Virus record (IMG/VR): IMGVR_UViG_2671180366_000014
Strand: one strand, 5' to 3'
DNA: 19,464 nucleotides
From: a virus
Taxonomy: Duplodnaviria; Heunggongvirae; Uroviricota; Caudoviricetes
Shown piece by piece: positions 7,941 through 15,590 of this stretch (within the stretch, counting starts at the first letter, position 1; each line of letters opens with the position of its first letter). The notes below the pieces were generated by a model. That model ran no database searches, was not told where the DNA came from, and worked only from the letters and a program-made list of their open reading frames with translations. Position numbers and translations under genes: made by a program.

Positions 7941-9268
7941 TTTCCGTTCCTGTAAATGATTTTCTGACCAGTTTTAGGGTTGGTTGCCGTTGCGCCTTCT
8001 GATATTCCTCCGGTTGCCGCTTTTGCCTGTCCAGTGCCAGCCTGTGATGTAGGCTGCCCGGAAACATCGTCAAATAGCTTCGCTTTCCTTCTTTCAAGGC
8101 TTTTTCTTAGCCCCTGAGGAATAGTTTCTCCATATGTATCGAGATACTCGTCAACCTGCTGGTTAAACTGCTGCCCCATAGCATTGGCGTTGATTTTTGC
8201 GGCGTTAACAATGTTATCCTTTGCCTCCTGCGACAGGCCGTTTCCAGCATTAAGCTGGTCTATGTATCCTTTGATTTGTCCCCATATGCCATCAGACCGC
8301 ATTACCTGAACCTGTTCGCCTTCACGAACGACTGACTGCGGGTCAAGAGATTTCATGTAGTTGAAGATAATCCCAAGTTGGGCAGCGCCAGTATTTACCT
8401 TGCTAAGGGCTTGCAGAGAGTTTGCCGCCGCTCTGACAGAGTTATAATTTTTGCCAAAATTGGTAATGTCAGAATTTAATCCCTTAATTAAGTCTGCTGA
8501 CGGCTTACCTTTTTGCCCCAGCTCCATTAGCTTCAATCCCATCTCATCTGAGTGAATTTGTGCTCGCTGAGCCCTGTCTAGTTGAGCGTTCTGGATATTT
8601 GCCCATCCTCTCGCGTTCTCCATGTCAGCCTGACGCATACTTTCATCCAGTCGCCCTTGCTCAAGTCGACGACCTTCCATTTGATCTTTGATATCGAAAT
8701 ACTTCTCATGACCGAGAGAAAACAGCGCCAGATTACCTGCGAAATGCTGGAAGCCCTGCGGGTCATTAACCTGCATTTCAGCAATAGTTTCTGGAGGGAT
8801 ACCTAAACGACGCATCTCCTGCTCATTATCTATCATGAACCTGCCAAATGCGCCCGGACCAAGCGATGAGGCTACCTGTGCTTTGAGCGCCAGATTGCCA
8901 TAATCATCCCTTTGAGCATCATCGACATAACTCATCCCTTTACGGACTTCCTCAAACTCTTCTGGGAATGCTGTAATAAGATTACGCATCTGCTCCCTGT
9001 CACCGGACGCATAAGCATCTGCATAACCTTTCTGGAATGCCGCTTTACGCTCCTGCTGTTGCTGCTGCTTATAAATATCAGCAACTCCAGCCAGACCACG
9101 AAGACCTGTCAGAGCAACGTTATTTGCACCTGAGCGAGCCAGTTCATTGTTTTCGCGGATCAGACCAAGCGTTGCGTTAATGTCGCTTGCCTTTGGCGCA
9201 TTCTCATTTTGCGTACCGATGCCAGCCAGAAAACCACCAGAATTAATACCCTGTTGCCACGTAGCCAT
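7925..9268 (-). CDS. hypothetical protein, 447 aa, Gln/Ala-rich, probably coiled-coil
   Basis: ORF 7925..9280 opens on GTG; first ATG at 9268 (MATWQQ...) lies 4 nt after the stop of the 57-aa ORF. Contains a QQQQQ tract. Confidence 0.8.
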   Translation of the reverse strand: MATWQQGINSGGFLAGIGTQNENAPKASDINATLGLIRENNELARSGANNVALTGLRGLAGVADIYKQQQQQERKAAFQKGYADAYASGDREQMRNLITAFPEEFEEVRKGMSYVDDAQRDDYGNLALKAQVASSLGPGAFGRFMIDNEQEMRRLGIPPETIAEMQVNDPQGFQHFAGNLALFSLGHEKYFDIKDQMEGRRLEQGRLDESMRQADMENARGWANIQNAQLDRAQRAQIHSDEMGLKLMELGQKGKPSADLIKGLNSDITNFGKNYNSVRAAANSLQALSKVNTGAAQLGIIFNYMKSLDPQSVVREGEQVQVMRSDGIWGQIKGYIDQLNAGNGLSQEAKDNIVNAAKINANAMGQQFNQQVDEYLDTYGETIPQGLRKSLERRKAKLFDDVSGQPTSQAGTGQAKAATGGISEGATATNPKTGQKIIYRNGKWQQM

Positions 9269-9272
9269 AAAT

Positions 9273-9446
9273 TTACCCACGTCCAGTTAAAGTGTAAGCC
9301 AGCGCCTTATCCATTAATCCCCGAGCAATTTCGTGGATCGTTGGCGCAACTCCTACCTCTGATTTTTTACGCTGCTCCTCCTGAATTTTCTTTATCGCTT
9401 CCATTTGCTTCTCACTTATCAATACTGGCTTTACTGAAATAGCCAT
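9273..9446 (-). CDS. small protein, 57 aa (MAISVKPVLISEKQMEAIKK...), not in the supplied ORF track
   Basis: Translated by hand on the minus strand: ATG at 9446 with GGGGG 4 nt upstream, stop TAA at 9273-9275 followed by ATTT-ATG of the 447-aa gene. Confidence 0.5.
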   Translation of the reverse strand: MAISVKPVLISEKQMEAIKKIQEEQRKKSEVGVAPTIHEIARGLMDKALAYTLTGRG

Positions 9447-9540
9447 AACGCCCCCTTAGAACTGTATAAAACAACAGTCATTATAGTTTCATAAAACGCA
9501 ACATTCATCATTGTGATTGCAAAATATGAAACAAACAGCA

Positions 9541-9574
9541 CAAAAAAATGCCACCGTTCAGTAGCTGGTGGCAT
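9541..9574 (-). terminator. rho-independent terminator (minus strand)
   Basis: Stem ATGCCACC / GGTGGCAT with an 11-nt loop; on the minus strand it is followed by a run of 7 T. Lies between the 152-aa gene and the 57-aa gene. Confidence 0.55.
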
Positions 9575-9600
9575 CGTTCTGTATGTCAGGTTTTGACAGT

Positions 9601-9622
9601 TTTTTTATGGACTCTAAAAACT
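9601..9622. repeat. 22-bp motif TTTTTTATGGACTCTAAAAACT (copy A)
   Basis: 20 of 22 positions identical to 15075-15096; core TTTTATGGACT also at about 16155-16165; a near copy TTTATGGAGTC at 9627-9637. Confidence 0.7.
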
Positions 9623-9626
9623 ATAT

Positions 9627-10085
9627 TTATGGAGTCGCATTACTCTTCATGGCGTGAGCTTTCCTGTTCTCTCTTTGTTCCTGGTTCCATGGATAAGTGT
9701 AATTGCCACCAGCAAAGACCATATTGATTTTGTGAGGAACCATTAAAGCGATATCAGCACTCATGTCACTGAATGAAACACAGTGCAGGCGTTCAAGCCA
9801 TTTGTATGCTGCTGCCGCTTCTCCCCACAAATTAATCCCTGCAAGTTCAACAATATCTCTGATGGAGCAGATATCAACCATCCCGTTAACGCCTGTAAAA
9901 CGGCGTTTAAAGTCGCCAAGATACTTTCTGAAAAGAGTTGCTTTCATTGGTTCAGAAAGGTCTATGTATGGGAACACAACCACATCAAGCAGCATCTCCC
10001 TTCTGTTGTTCATCGGTATTACAGATGGCAAATCGGATACTTTGCCAAATACATGATGAAAAGCCTTTGCGATTATCTTCATCAT
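9627..10085 (-). CDS. hypothetical protein, 152 aa
   Basis: ORF 9627..10088 opens on TTG; ATG at 10085 has GGGAG 4-5 nt upstream; followed by a terminator. Confidence 0.6.
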   Translation of the reverse strand: MMKIIAKAFHHVFGKVSDLPSVIPMNNRREMLLDVVVFPYIDLSEPMKATLFRKYLGDFKRRFTGVNGMVDICSIRDIVELAGINLWGEAAAAYKWLERLHCVSFSDMSADIALMVPHKINMVFAGGNYTYPWNQEQRENRKAHAMKSNATP

Positions 10086-10181
10086 CAATCTCCCACTGAA
10101 ACCAGTGATGTGGTGTTCAGATTTCGTAAAACACTCTCTAATGCCAGCCAGATGTTGTGCTCATCAATTCAGTCACATTGT

Positions 10182-10299
10182 GTTGGTTCAAAATACCGTG
10201 TTGTTGGTTCAGTGTTGGTTCAATAAAAAGAATAAAATCCTTATAAAACAATACACTTTACAAATTGAACCAACTGAACCAACTGAACCAACACCTTTT
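10182..10299. repeat. right iteron-like cluster: GTTGGTTCA at 10182, 10203, 10214 plus 3 tandem TGAACCAAC (10266-10292)
   Basis: Read directly; mirror image of the left cluster. Sits between the primase stop (10318) and the 152-aa gene start. Confidence 0.85.
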
Positions 10300-10317
10300 C
10301 TACGCACATGAAGAAGC

Positions 10318-13074
10318 TCATTCTTCAGATGAGTTATAATCTCCTGGCTGGTAATTGAGTACATAAACGTTTATTTGTCGTCCCTGAATACGTGGTGATT
10401 TTCTTTGGTATCCACGACCGCTGTTTGGTGGGGTTAGCATCCCGGCTTTTTTCAACACTTCAGCAAACTGTTTTGCGTTGAAACCACATGCGATCTCCTT
10501 TTCAAATGTGGCCGGGAATGTGTAGAAAATCATTGGGCTTTCGTCATGTTCTCCACGCTGACGGTATCCGGCTAAATCTTTGATGGGCAAATCTGCCGGG
10601 CTGTATGGAAATGGTGCAAAACGGCTAAGCCCATAGGCATTAAGAAATGCCTCCGTTTGTTCAATAATCTGCTGATGTTCTTTGTTACCTGTGCCGAACT
10701 CGCGCAACCATGCGTTATAGCTGTGCTGTATCGCATCACGGCATGTCTGAGCATCCCAGCCTGTTACAACTTCGCCTAACAGCAATGCTGCCTCCAGAAT
10801 GGCAAATCGCGCGGCTACACGGTGAACCTGCTCACCATAATCGGATGGGATCAGGCTTCTCCATCTGCTTTCGCAATCACGAACAGTTTTAATAGCCTGT
10901 TGCTGGTGGTCTGCCAGCCATTTAATCCACTCACGCCCGGCTGCGCCGTGGTGATGCTGGTAAGCGTCTTTCAGTGCGTCTGCGTGCTGTTTTCCGTTCT
11001 GGTAATCGTGAAAGCGTACTGCTTTACTCAACGGAATATTCAGCAGTCGCACCAGTTGCCCGGCTTTGGTTTTTCGCCCGGAAGTAGCGATAAATGTTTC
11101 TAAATCCATTTCTCCGGTGCTGATTGCCACTGTACGCCAGCGTTTTAGATCCCGGTTTCCACCATCTTTAGCGCCTTGCAGTTTCCCTACACCGTTAAAT
11201 AACGCATAGGCAGACTGTGAAACGCTGACAGGATCAGCGCCCTGACCAACTTCATCAAGCGGCATTAATCCGTCATTGTGGGCGGCGGCCTCATTTGCCA
11301 GCCCCAGCGCGGTTCCGTACCACGTCAGCCGCAGTAAATCAGGGTTGCCGTATAAGCTGCTCGCCACGTTTGCCGTGGTGGTCTTACCCGCGCTCGACTG
11401 CTCATAGAAATGAATGCCGAACCCGTCAGCGCCCACCAGCCCAATCAATGGCGCTGCCAGTGCTGCGCCGATCCCGGTCATCATTGAATAGTTACCAAAG
11501 GCCAGACGCGCCACGTTATCACGCCAGCTTTTCGCGCTCCCTGAGACGGTATATCCGGCTGCGGCTGAGCTTCTCCCGCTGAACAGCACAGGATTTTCAG
11601 GTGTTCCGATGATTTCCCCATCAGGCATGATGTACGCTCCGCATTGCCAGCCAGTGGCATGAGCAACACGCCACAATTCACGAGAGCCACTGCGTTGTAG
11701 CCAGTCTGCCAGTATTGCTCTGAGGCTGCTTTTGGTCGTGACATTTACCCCACCAGCTTTAAGTGTGCGCCATCCTTCACGTTCACCAATATCAGCCAGT
11801 GGAATGGCAGCGGTTGTCGGCGTTTCAGAACCAAACGACAGCCAGCGAAGAATGAGATACTGGTCTTTATCGTCTCTGCCAGTACCGATAACGCTTAACG
11901 GAGAACATAACCAGCTTTCGTTATTGATGATTTCTCCACTCTGGCTGTCAGCTCTCGGAGATACCCAATAAATACCATCCTCGCGGCTTTCTATTCTTGG
12001 TTTCAGTGGGTCGGTATCCATAACCTTAAAATCGCTTCCCTCAATGGTCTGTGGCTGCTGTTTCACGCCATTACCCTGTGGTTGGTACATTGACTTATTG
12101 AACGCTTCTGTGGCGCATTTAATGCCGTGTTTTTGGTGGTAATCATTCCAGTCTGCTTTGTGATCTGTCGGGGGTAATGCCACCCATCCAGAAACAGATA
12201 AAGCTGCTTTTTCTGCTGCTATTCTCCCCGTGTTTTGTCTTCCTTCGCTGTGGTCGTTATCCGCAGCAATGATGATTTGTGCTGAAGGAAATTTATCCCG
12301 CAGTACCTGGGCGACATATAACAGGTTCCCGGCATCAATCGCCGCCACTGTCAGCGCCTCTGGACGAATTAAATGGGCAGATAATGCCGTTGCCAGCCCT
12401 TCTGCGATTAAGATGCTCTGTGTTGTTTCTGGTGCGTTTATGGCGTGATATGCCCCTCGCTTTGCTGAACCTGTCAGGAGTCTTTTTTCACCATGTGAGG
12501 TAATAGTCTGTGCTGCTGTGACTGCGCCGGATTTATCCACCAGCGCCAGCAACAGAGATCCATCGGGCAACACGGGGAATGTAAAATCACCTACCCCTTT
12601 CGCAACCAGATAATCAGATTTGCCGTTTACAGCCTTTCTGCGCATGTCATCAAACTGACGGGAAAACGTATCCCGTCTTTGTTGTTCGTCCTTCTCTGCC
12701 CTTTTCAGGCGCTCCTGTTCGCGTCGCTGGCGCTCGGTTTCCAGTTGTTCCCGTTTCTGGCTGGTGGCTTCTGGTGTTTCCGTTGTCCGGTAATCAATAC
12801 CCAGAACATCAGCGGCAAGAAGCGCCGCCTCTGTTGTGTCGCAGTTATTTACGCGTTTAATTAAATCCAGCCCATCACCAGCGCCGCACTGATTACAGAT
12901 GAAGCTACCGCGCCCGTTGTCATCGAACCGGAATCGATCTTTGCCCCCACATGCAGGGCAGGGAGCATGACGGCGCGGAGAGTCAGGGACATTTATGTTC
13001 AGGCAGCCCAGCACATGAGGCCAGTTGTTTTCAGACGCACTGATAACCTGACGGATAAGATCAATGTTTCGCAT
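10318..13074 (-). CDS. DNA primase-helicase, 918 aa (N-terminal zinc ribbon, Toprim-like primase, C-terminal P-loop NTPase; P4 alpha-like)
   Basis: CPACGG...CNQCG zinc-ribbon motif, acidic IIIAADND Toprim-like stretch, Walker A SSAGKTT, Walker-B-like LMPLDEV; GGGGG RBS 6 nt upstream of the ATG. Confidence 0.9.
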   Translation of the reverse strand: MRNIDLIRQVISASENNWPHVLGCLNINVPDSPRRHAPCPACGGKDRFRFDDNGRGSFICNQCGAGDGLDLIKRVNNCDTTEAALLAADVLGIDYRTTETPEATSQKREQLETERQRREQERLKRAEKDEQQRRDTFSRQFDDMRRKAVNGKSDYLVAKGVGDFTFPVLPDGSLLLALVDKSGAVTAAQTITSHGEKRLLTGSAKRGAYHAINAPETTQSILIAEGLATALSAHLIRPEALTVAAIDAGNLLYVAQVLRDKFPSAQIIIAADNDHSEGRQNTGRIAAEKAALSVSGWVALPPTDHKADWNDYHQKHGIKCATEAFNKSMYQPQGNGVKQQPQTIEGSDFKVMDTDPLKPRIESREDGIYWVSPRADSQSGEIINNESWLCSPLSVIGTGRDDKDQYLILRWLSFGSETPTTAAIPLADIGEREGWRTLKAGGVNVTTKSSLRAILADWLQRSGSRELWRVAHATGWQCGAYIMPDGEIIGTPENPVLFSGRSSAAAGYTVSGSAKSWRDNVARLAFGNYSMMTGIGAALAAPLIGLVGADGFGIHFYEQSSAGKTTTANVASSLYGNPDLLRLTWYGTALGLANEAAAHNDGLMPLDEVGQGADPVSVSQSAYALFNGVGKLQGAKDGGNRDLKRWRTVAISTGEMDLETFIATSGRKTKAGQLVRLLNIPLSKAVRFHDYQNGKQHADALKDAYQHHHGAAGREWIKWLADHQQQAIKTVRDCESRWRSLIPSDYGEQVHRVAARFAILEAALLLGEVVTGWDAQTCRDAIQHSYNAWLREFGTGNKEHQQIIEQTEAFLNAYGLSRFAPFPYSPADLPIKDLAGYRQRGEHDESPMIFYTFPATFEKEIACGFNAKQFAEVLKKAGMLTPPNSGRGYQRKSPRIQGRQINVYVLNYQPGDYNSSEE

Positions 13075-13086
13075 TCTGGCCCCCGT

Positions 13087-13689
13087 TTAGTGCGTCACTG
13101 GTGCTTCTGGGATGCCGTTTTCGTTTAGTTCGGCAATAAAGCTGTTGTGAAGATCGGCAAGCACTTCTCGCCCAAACGAAGTGAGTGTTCCCTGTTCGAC
13201 ATCGAACATGTTGCTGTAAAAAATGATGGCATTCTTTGTTCCGACATCAACACCATATTTCTCGATCATTGCGCCCTCAATGTTGTTTGCCATAGCGAGG
13301 CGCTCTGCTACTGGATACAGCGGCATGGCGACGATGCCATTGGAATAAACAGAAACCACGGAATGATTGCCACTGTCATCAATAATGCTGACGGTGCCGT
13401 TTTCCTTTCTCATTTCATTGATGAATGCTGTTGCTATCAGCCAGCGCCACATAATCACGTGATGCTGTGATGTGTAATCGAAATATCCCTGGTTGCCGCC
13501 ACTGGCAATAGCGAGATGTATAAACATGCCTTCATCTGGTTTATCGTCATAATCCCCGGCATCCAGACGATTTACGGCATCAATATATGAGACGGTCTCA
13601 ACGCGTTCTGTCATGCCATCGTTGCTGCGGTACATGATGTTTACGCCGTCAGGCGTTGCTTCTGCATGGAAAGTTAAGAAATTATTCAT
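13087..13689 (-). CDS. hypothetical protein, 201 aa
   Basis: ORF 13087..13794; chosen start MNNFLTF at 13689, which overlaps the upstream stop by 8 bp; stop is 12 nt before the primase start. Confidence 0.55.
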   Translation of the reverse strand: MNNFLTFHAEATPDGVNIMYRSNDGMTERVETVSYIDAVNRLDAGDYDDKPDEGMFIHLAIASGGNQGYFDYTSQHHVIMWRWLIATAFINEMRKENGTVSIIDDSGNHSVVSVYSNGIVAMPLYPVAERLAMANNIEGAMIEKYGVDVGTKNAIIFYSNMFDVEQGTLTSFGREVLADLHNSFIAELNENGIPEAPVTH

Positions 13690-13903
13690 GTTTCGCCTCG
13701 CCTGAATGATTCTGTAACTCATATTTGCCCAACAATTCGTCTGCTTCCTGAATAGCTTCTGGTACGCCATTGAGCAGTGACATAACCGCGCCAATCATTA
13801 ACTTGTCTCTGTTGCTGGGGCTGGCCCCTTCAAGCCAGAACCCTAAAACAGTCTGAACCTGTTCGATGCGACATTGCGCTTCAATGAGCTGGATGTTGGT
13901 CAT
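13682..13903 (-). CDS. small hypothetical protein, 73 aa
   Basis: ATGA start/stop overlap with the upstream ORF (translational coupling). Confidence 0.5.
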   Translation of the reverse strand: MTNIQLIEAQCRIEQVQTVLGFWLEGASPSNRDKLMIGAVMSLLNGVPEAIQEADELLGKYELQNHSGEAKHE

Positions 13904-14163
13904 TTCGCACTCTCCACATCGATTAAACTGATATCTATCAGGGAGGTAACTTTTTGTAGCCAGCTATTGATTACTGTCGCCTGTTCCCCTCCCACCGAGG
14001 GAACAATCTCATTCATCACATGAACCAGACCTGTGCGTGCTCTGGTAAGCCGTTCAGTCGCGCAATCTGCGGGAGTGAATGTGTCTGGATATGGCTCTTC
14101 GCGCCCCAGCAATGATTCAATTTCCAGCTCACACGGATGACGATAAATTAAGTTGATATTCAT
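13900..14163 (-). CDS. small hypothetical protein, 87 aa
   Basis: ATGA start/stop overlap with the upstream ORF. Confidence 0.5.
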   Translation of the reverse strand: MNINLIYRHPCELEIESLLGREEPYPDTFTPADCATERLTRARTGLVHVMNEIVPSVGGEQATVINSWLQKVTSLIDISLIDVESAK

Positions 14164-14354
14164 TTTTCACCCCCAAGAATTACCAGCTCTGCACGGGCAT
14201 CGTTAACCAAAGATGAGCACGCTTTAATCGCATCCACGACATCAGCAGCGTCCATTTCTTCAGCCGAAAGACTGACAGCAACCAGGACAGCCGCTGCTTG
14301 CTCGATTAATTGAAGTGCGGACGTAAGGCGAGGGGTATTAATTGAGTTATTCAT
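14160..14354 (-). CDS. small hypothetical protein, ~64 aa
   Basis: ORF 14160..14411; ATG at 14354 (MNNSINT) overlaps the upstream stop at 14347 by 8 bp. Confidence 0.45.
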   Translation of the reverse strand: MNNSINTPRLTSALQLIEQAAAVLVAVSLSAEEMDAADVVDAIKACSSLVNDARAELVILGGEK

Positions 14355-15414
14355 TGGTTGCCCCCGTCTTTCCTGGCATTTCGCCACCTTCCAGCAGGAA
14401 ATGAACGTCACGAACGGCGAGATCCAATATCGCGAGCAACGCCTTCAGTTTTTCGTCTCGTGAGGGAGAGCTGCTCACCAGAATGTCATTAATCACTTCT
14501 GTCAGTGTGATGATCTGGCTTGTGCGTTCGAGGGGGTCCATATGCACATCGTAGGTTTTAATCATGTGCCACCTCCATGCGGATACGACCAACAAAAAAG
14601 CAGACGTTATCGCGCACCAGAGAACGGCGAGCATCGCGTTCAGACTCGGCAGCAATATGATGAATTTTGGCGGTAATTGTCGGGCAATCGCGGCGAACTG
14701 CGGCGATAATCCAGATAAATTGCGGTTTTTGGGTAGGGGTAGTAGCCAGCATGTGGCAGCCTCCTTCAGATAGCAGGTTACGCTACCACCGGAAACGCCA
14801 ATTTCGCTGGTGGTAGCCCAGACAGGGTTGGCGTAACCGGCTCTGAAGGATACCGGCGCTTCCGAAGAAGCCCCCGCCTGAGCCACCATTGATTGACAAA
14901 GGCGCTGGATTATACACCAACGCCCAAAAAATGGGTGAGTCAGACCTACGACATAAAAAAAGACGCTCGGCGCGTCATATGTCGCCTTCAGAATTTTCAG
15001 GACGCCAATCCCGGCACCCGTTTTATGAGGTGCCTTATAACCATAAACCGTGTTGCCGCATAACGGCAAGCTCTTTTTTATGGACTCCGAAAACTCACTA
15101 TTGGAAGAACCAGAAGCACAGTACATCGCGCTCATTTCGTTAACGTCACGCGCGTGGACGAATGTTTTTGTGGAGTCACTACACGAGCAGAACAGGTGAT
15201 CTACGACCAGAAATTCTCTGGCGCAGCCGCTGACCTTCTCAACGCTAACACCATCGACCGTAATTTCTGACATAGTTAAGGCATCCGCTCCTACCACCAG
15301 AAAATGATAAACTTTGCTTGTATCTGCTGTATTAATGCCAGACTTTGCTGTCATATTGCCGGATTTTGGCGACATACCAGCCAGTGAAAATATCTTCTTC
15401 TGGGCGGTTAGCAT
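14347..15414 (-). CDS. hypothetical protein, 355-aa open frame; gene structure ambiguous
   Basis: ATG at 15414 has GGAGG 6 nt upstream. The frame then stays open to 14347, but contains a second strongly RBS-preceded in-frame ATG at 14565 and overlaps an alternative-frame 64-aa ORF (14558..14752) that has its own GGAGG. See findings. Confidence 0.4.
   Translation of the reverse strand: MLTAQKKIFSLAGMSPKSGNMTAKSGINTADTSKVYHFLVVGADALTMSEITVDGVSVEKVSGCAREFLVVDHLFCSCSDSTKTFVHARDVNEMSAMYCASGSSNSEFSESIKKSLPLCGNTVYGYKAPHKTGAGIGVLKILKATYDAPSVFFYVVGLTHPFFGRWCIIQRLCQSMVAQAGASSEAPVSFRAGYANPVWATTSEIGVSGGSVTCYLKEAATCWLLPLPKNRNLSGLSPQFAAIARQLPPKFIILLPSLNAMLAVLWCAITSAFLLVVSAWRWHMIKTYDVHMDPLERTSQIITLTEVINDILVSSSPSRDEKLKALLAILDLAVRDVHFLLEGGEMPGKTGATNE
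15075..15096. repeat. 22-bp motif TTTTTTATGGACTCCGAAAACT (copy B)
   Basis: 20 of 22 positions identical to 9601-9622; lies inside the 355-aa open frame. Confidence 0.7.
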
Positions 15415-15590
15415 TTGTTAACCTCCACGAACTCCTTCATGAAACGTGCCAGCGGTTGCACGCATGGCGATTGATACCCGTCGCGATAAAACGTCACTCG
15501 GTTGTGAGACACGCTTTCGACAGTAACGAGTGCTCCGTGGGCATCTTTGTAGCGTTTTTGAGGTTGTGGTGTTCCTGTCGGCTTAAACAT
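15408..15590 (-). CDS. small hypothetical protein, 60 aa
   Basis: ORF 15408..15677; the ATG at 15590 (MFKPTG) lies 2 nt after the stop of the Rha-like gene; its own stop overlaps the start of the next ORF. Confidence 0.45.
   Translation of the reverse strand: MFKPTGTPQPQKRYKDAHGALVTVESVSHNRVTFYRDGYQSPCVQPLARFMKEFVEVNKC

Noticed and set aside
5823-9268. Calling the 447-aa and 705-aa proteins phage ejection or internal virion proteins
   Set aside because: The resemblance is only compositional (Ala/Gly/Gln-rich, glycine zippers); I cannot recall a specific matching sequence. Mentioned as a hypothesis only.
2622-10299. Inverted repeats as the boundaries of an invertible (shufflon-like) segment
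   Set aside because: No serine or tyrosine invertase gene lies adjacent to either repeat, and the segment is large with genes on both strands. Kept only as a minor alternative in the finding.
14558-14752. Alternative-frame 64-aa ORF with a GGAGG RBS as a separate feature
   Set aside because: It is wholly embedded in the 355-codon open frame and cannot be resolved by eye; described in a finding rather than listed as a feature.
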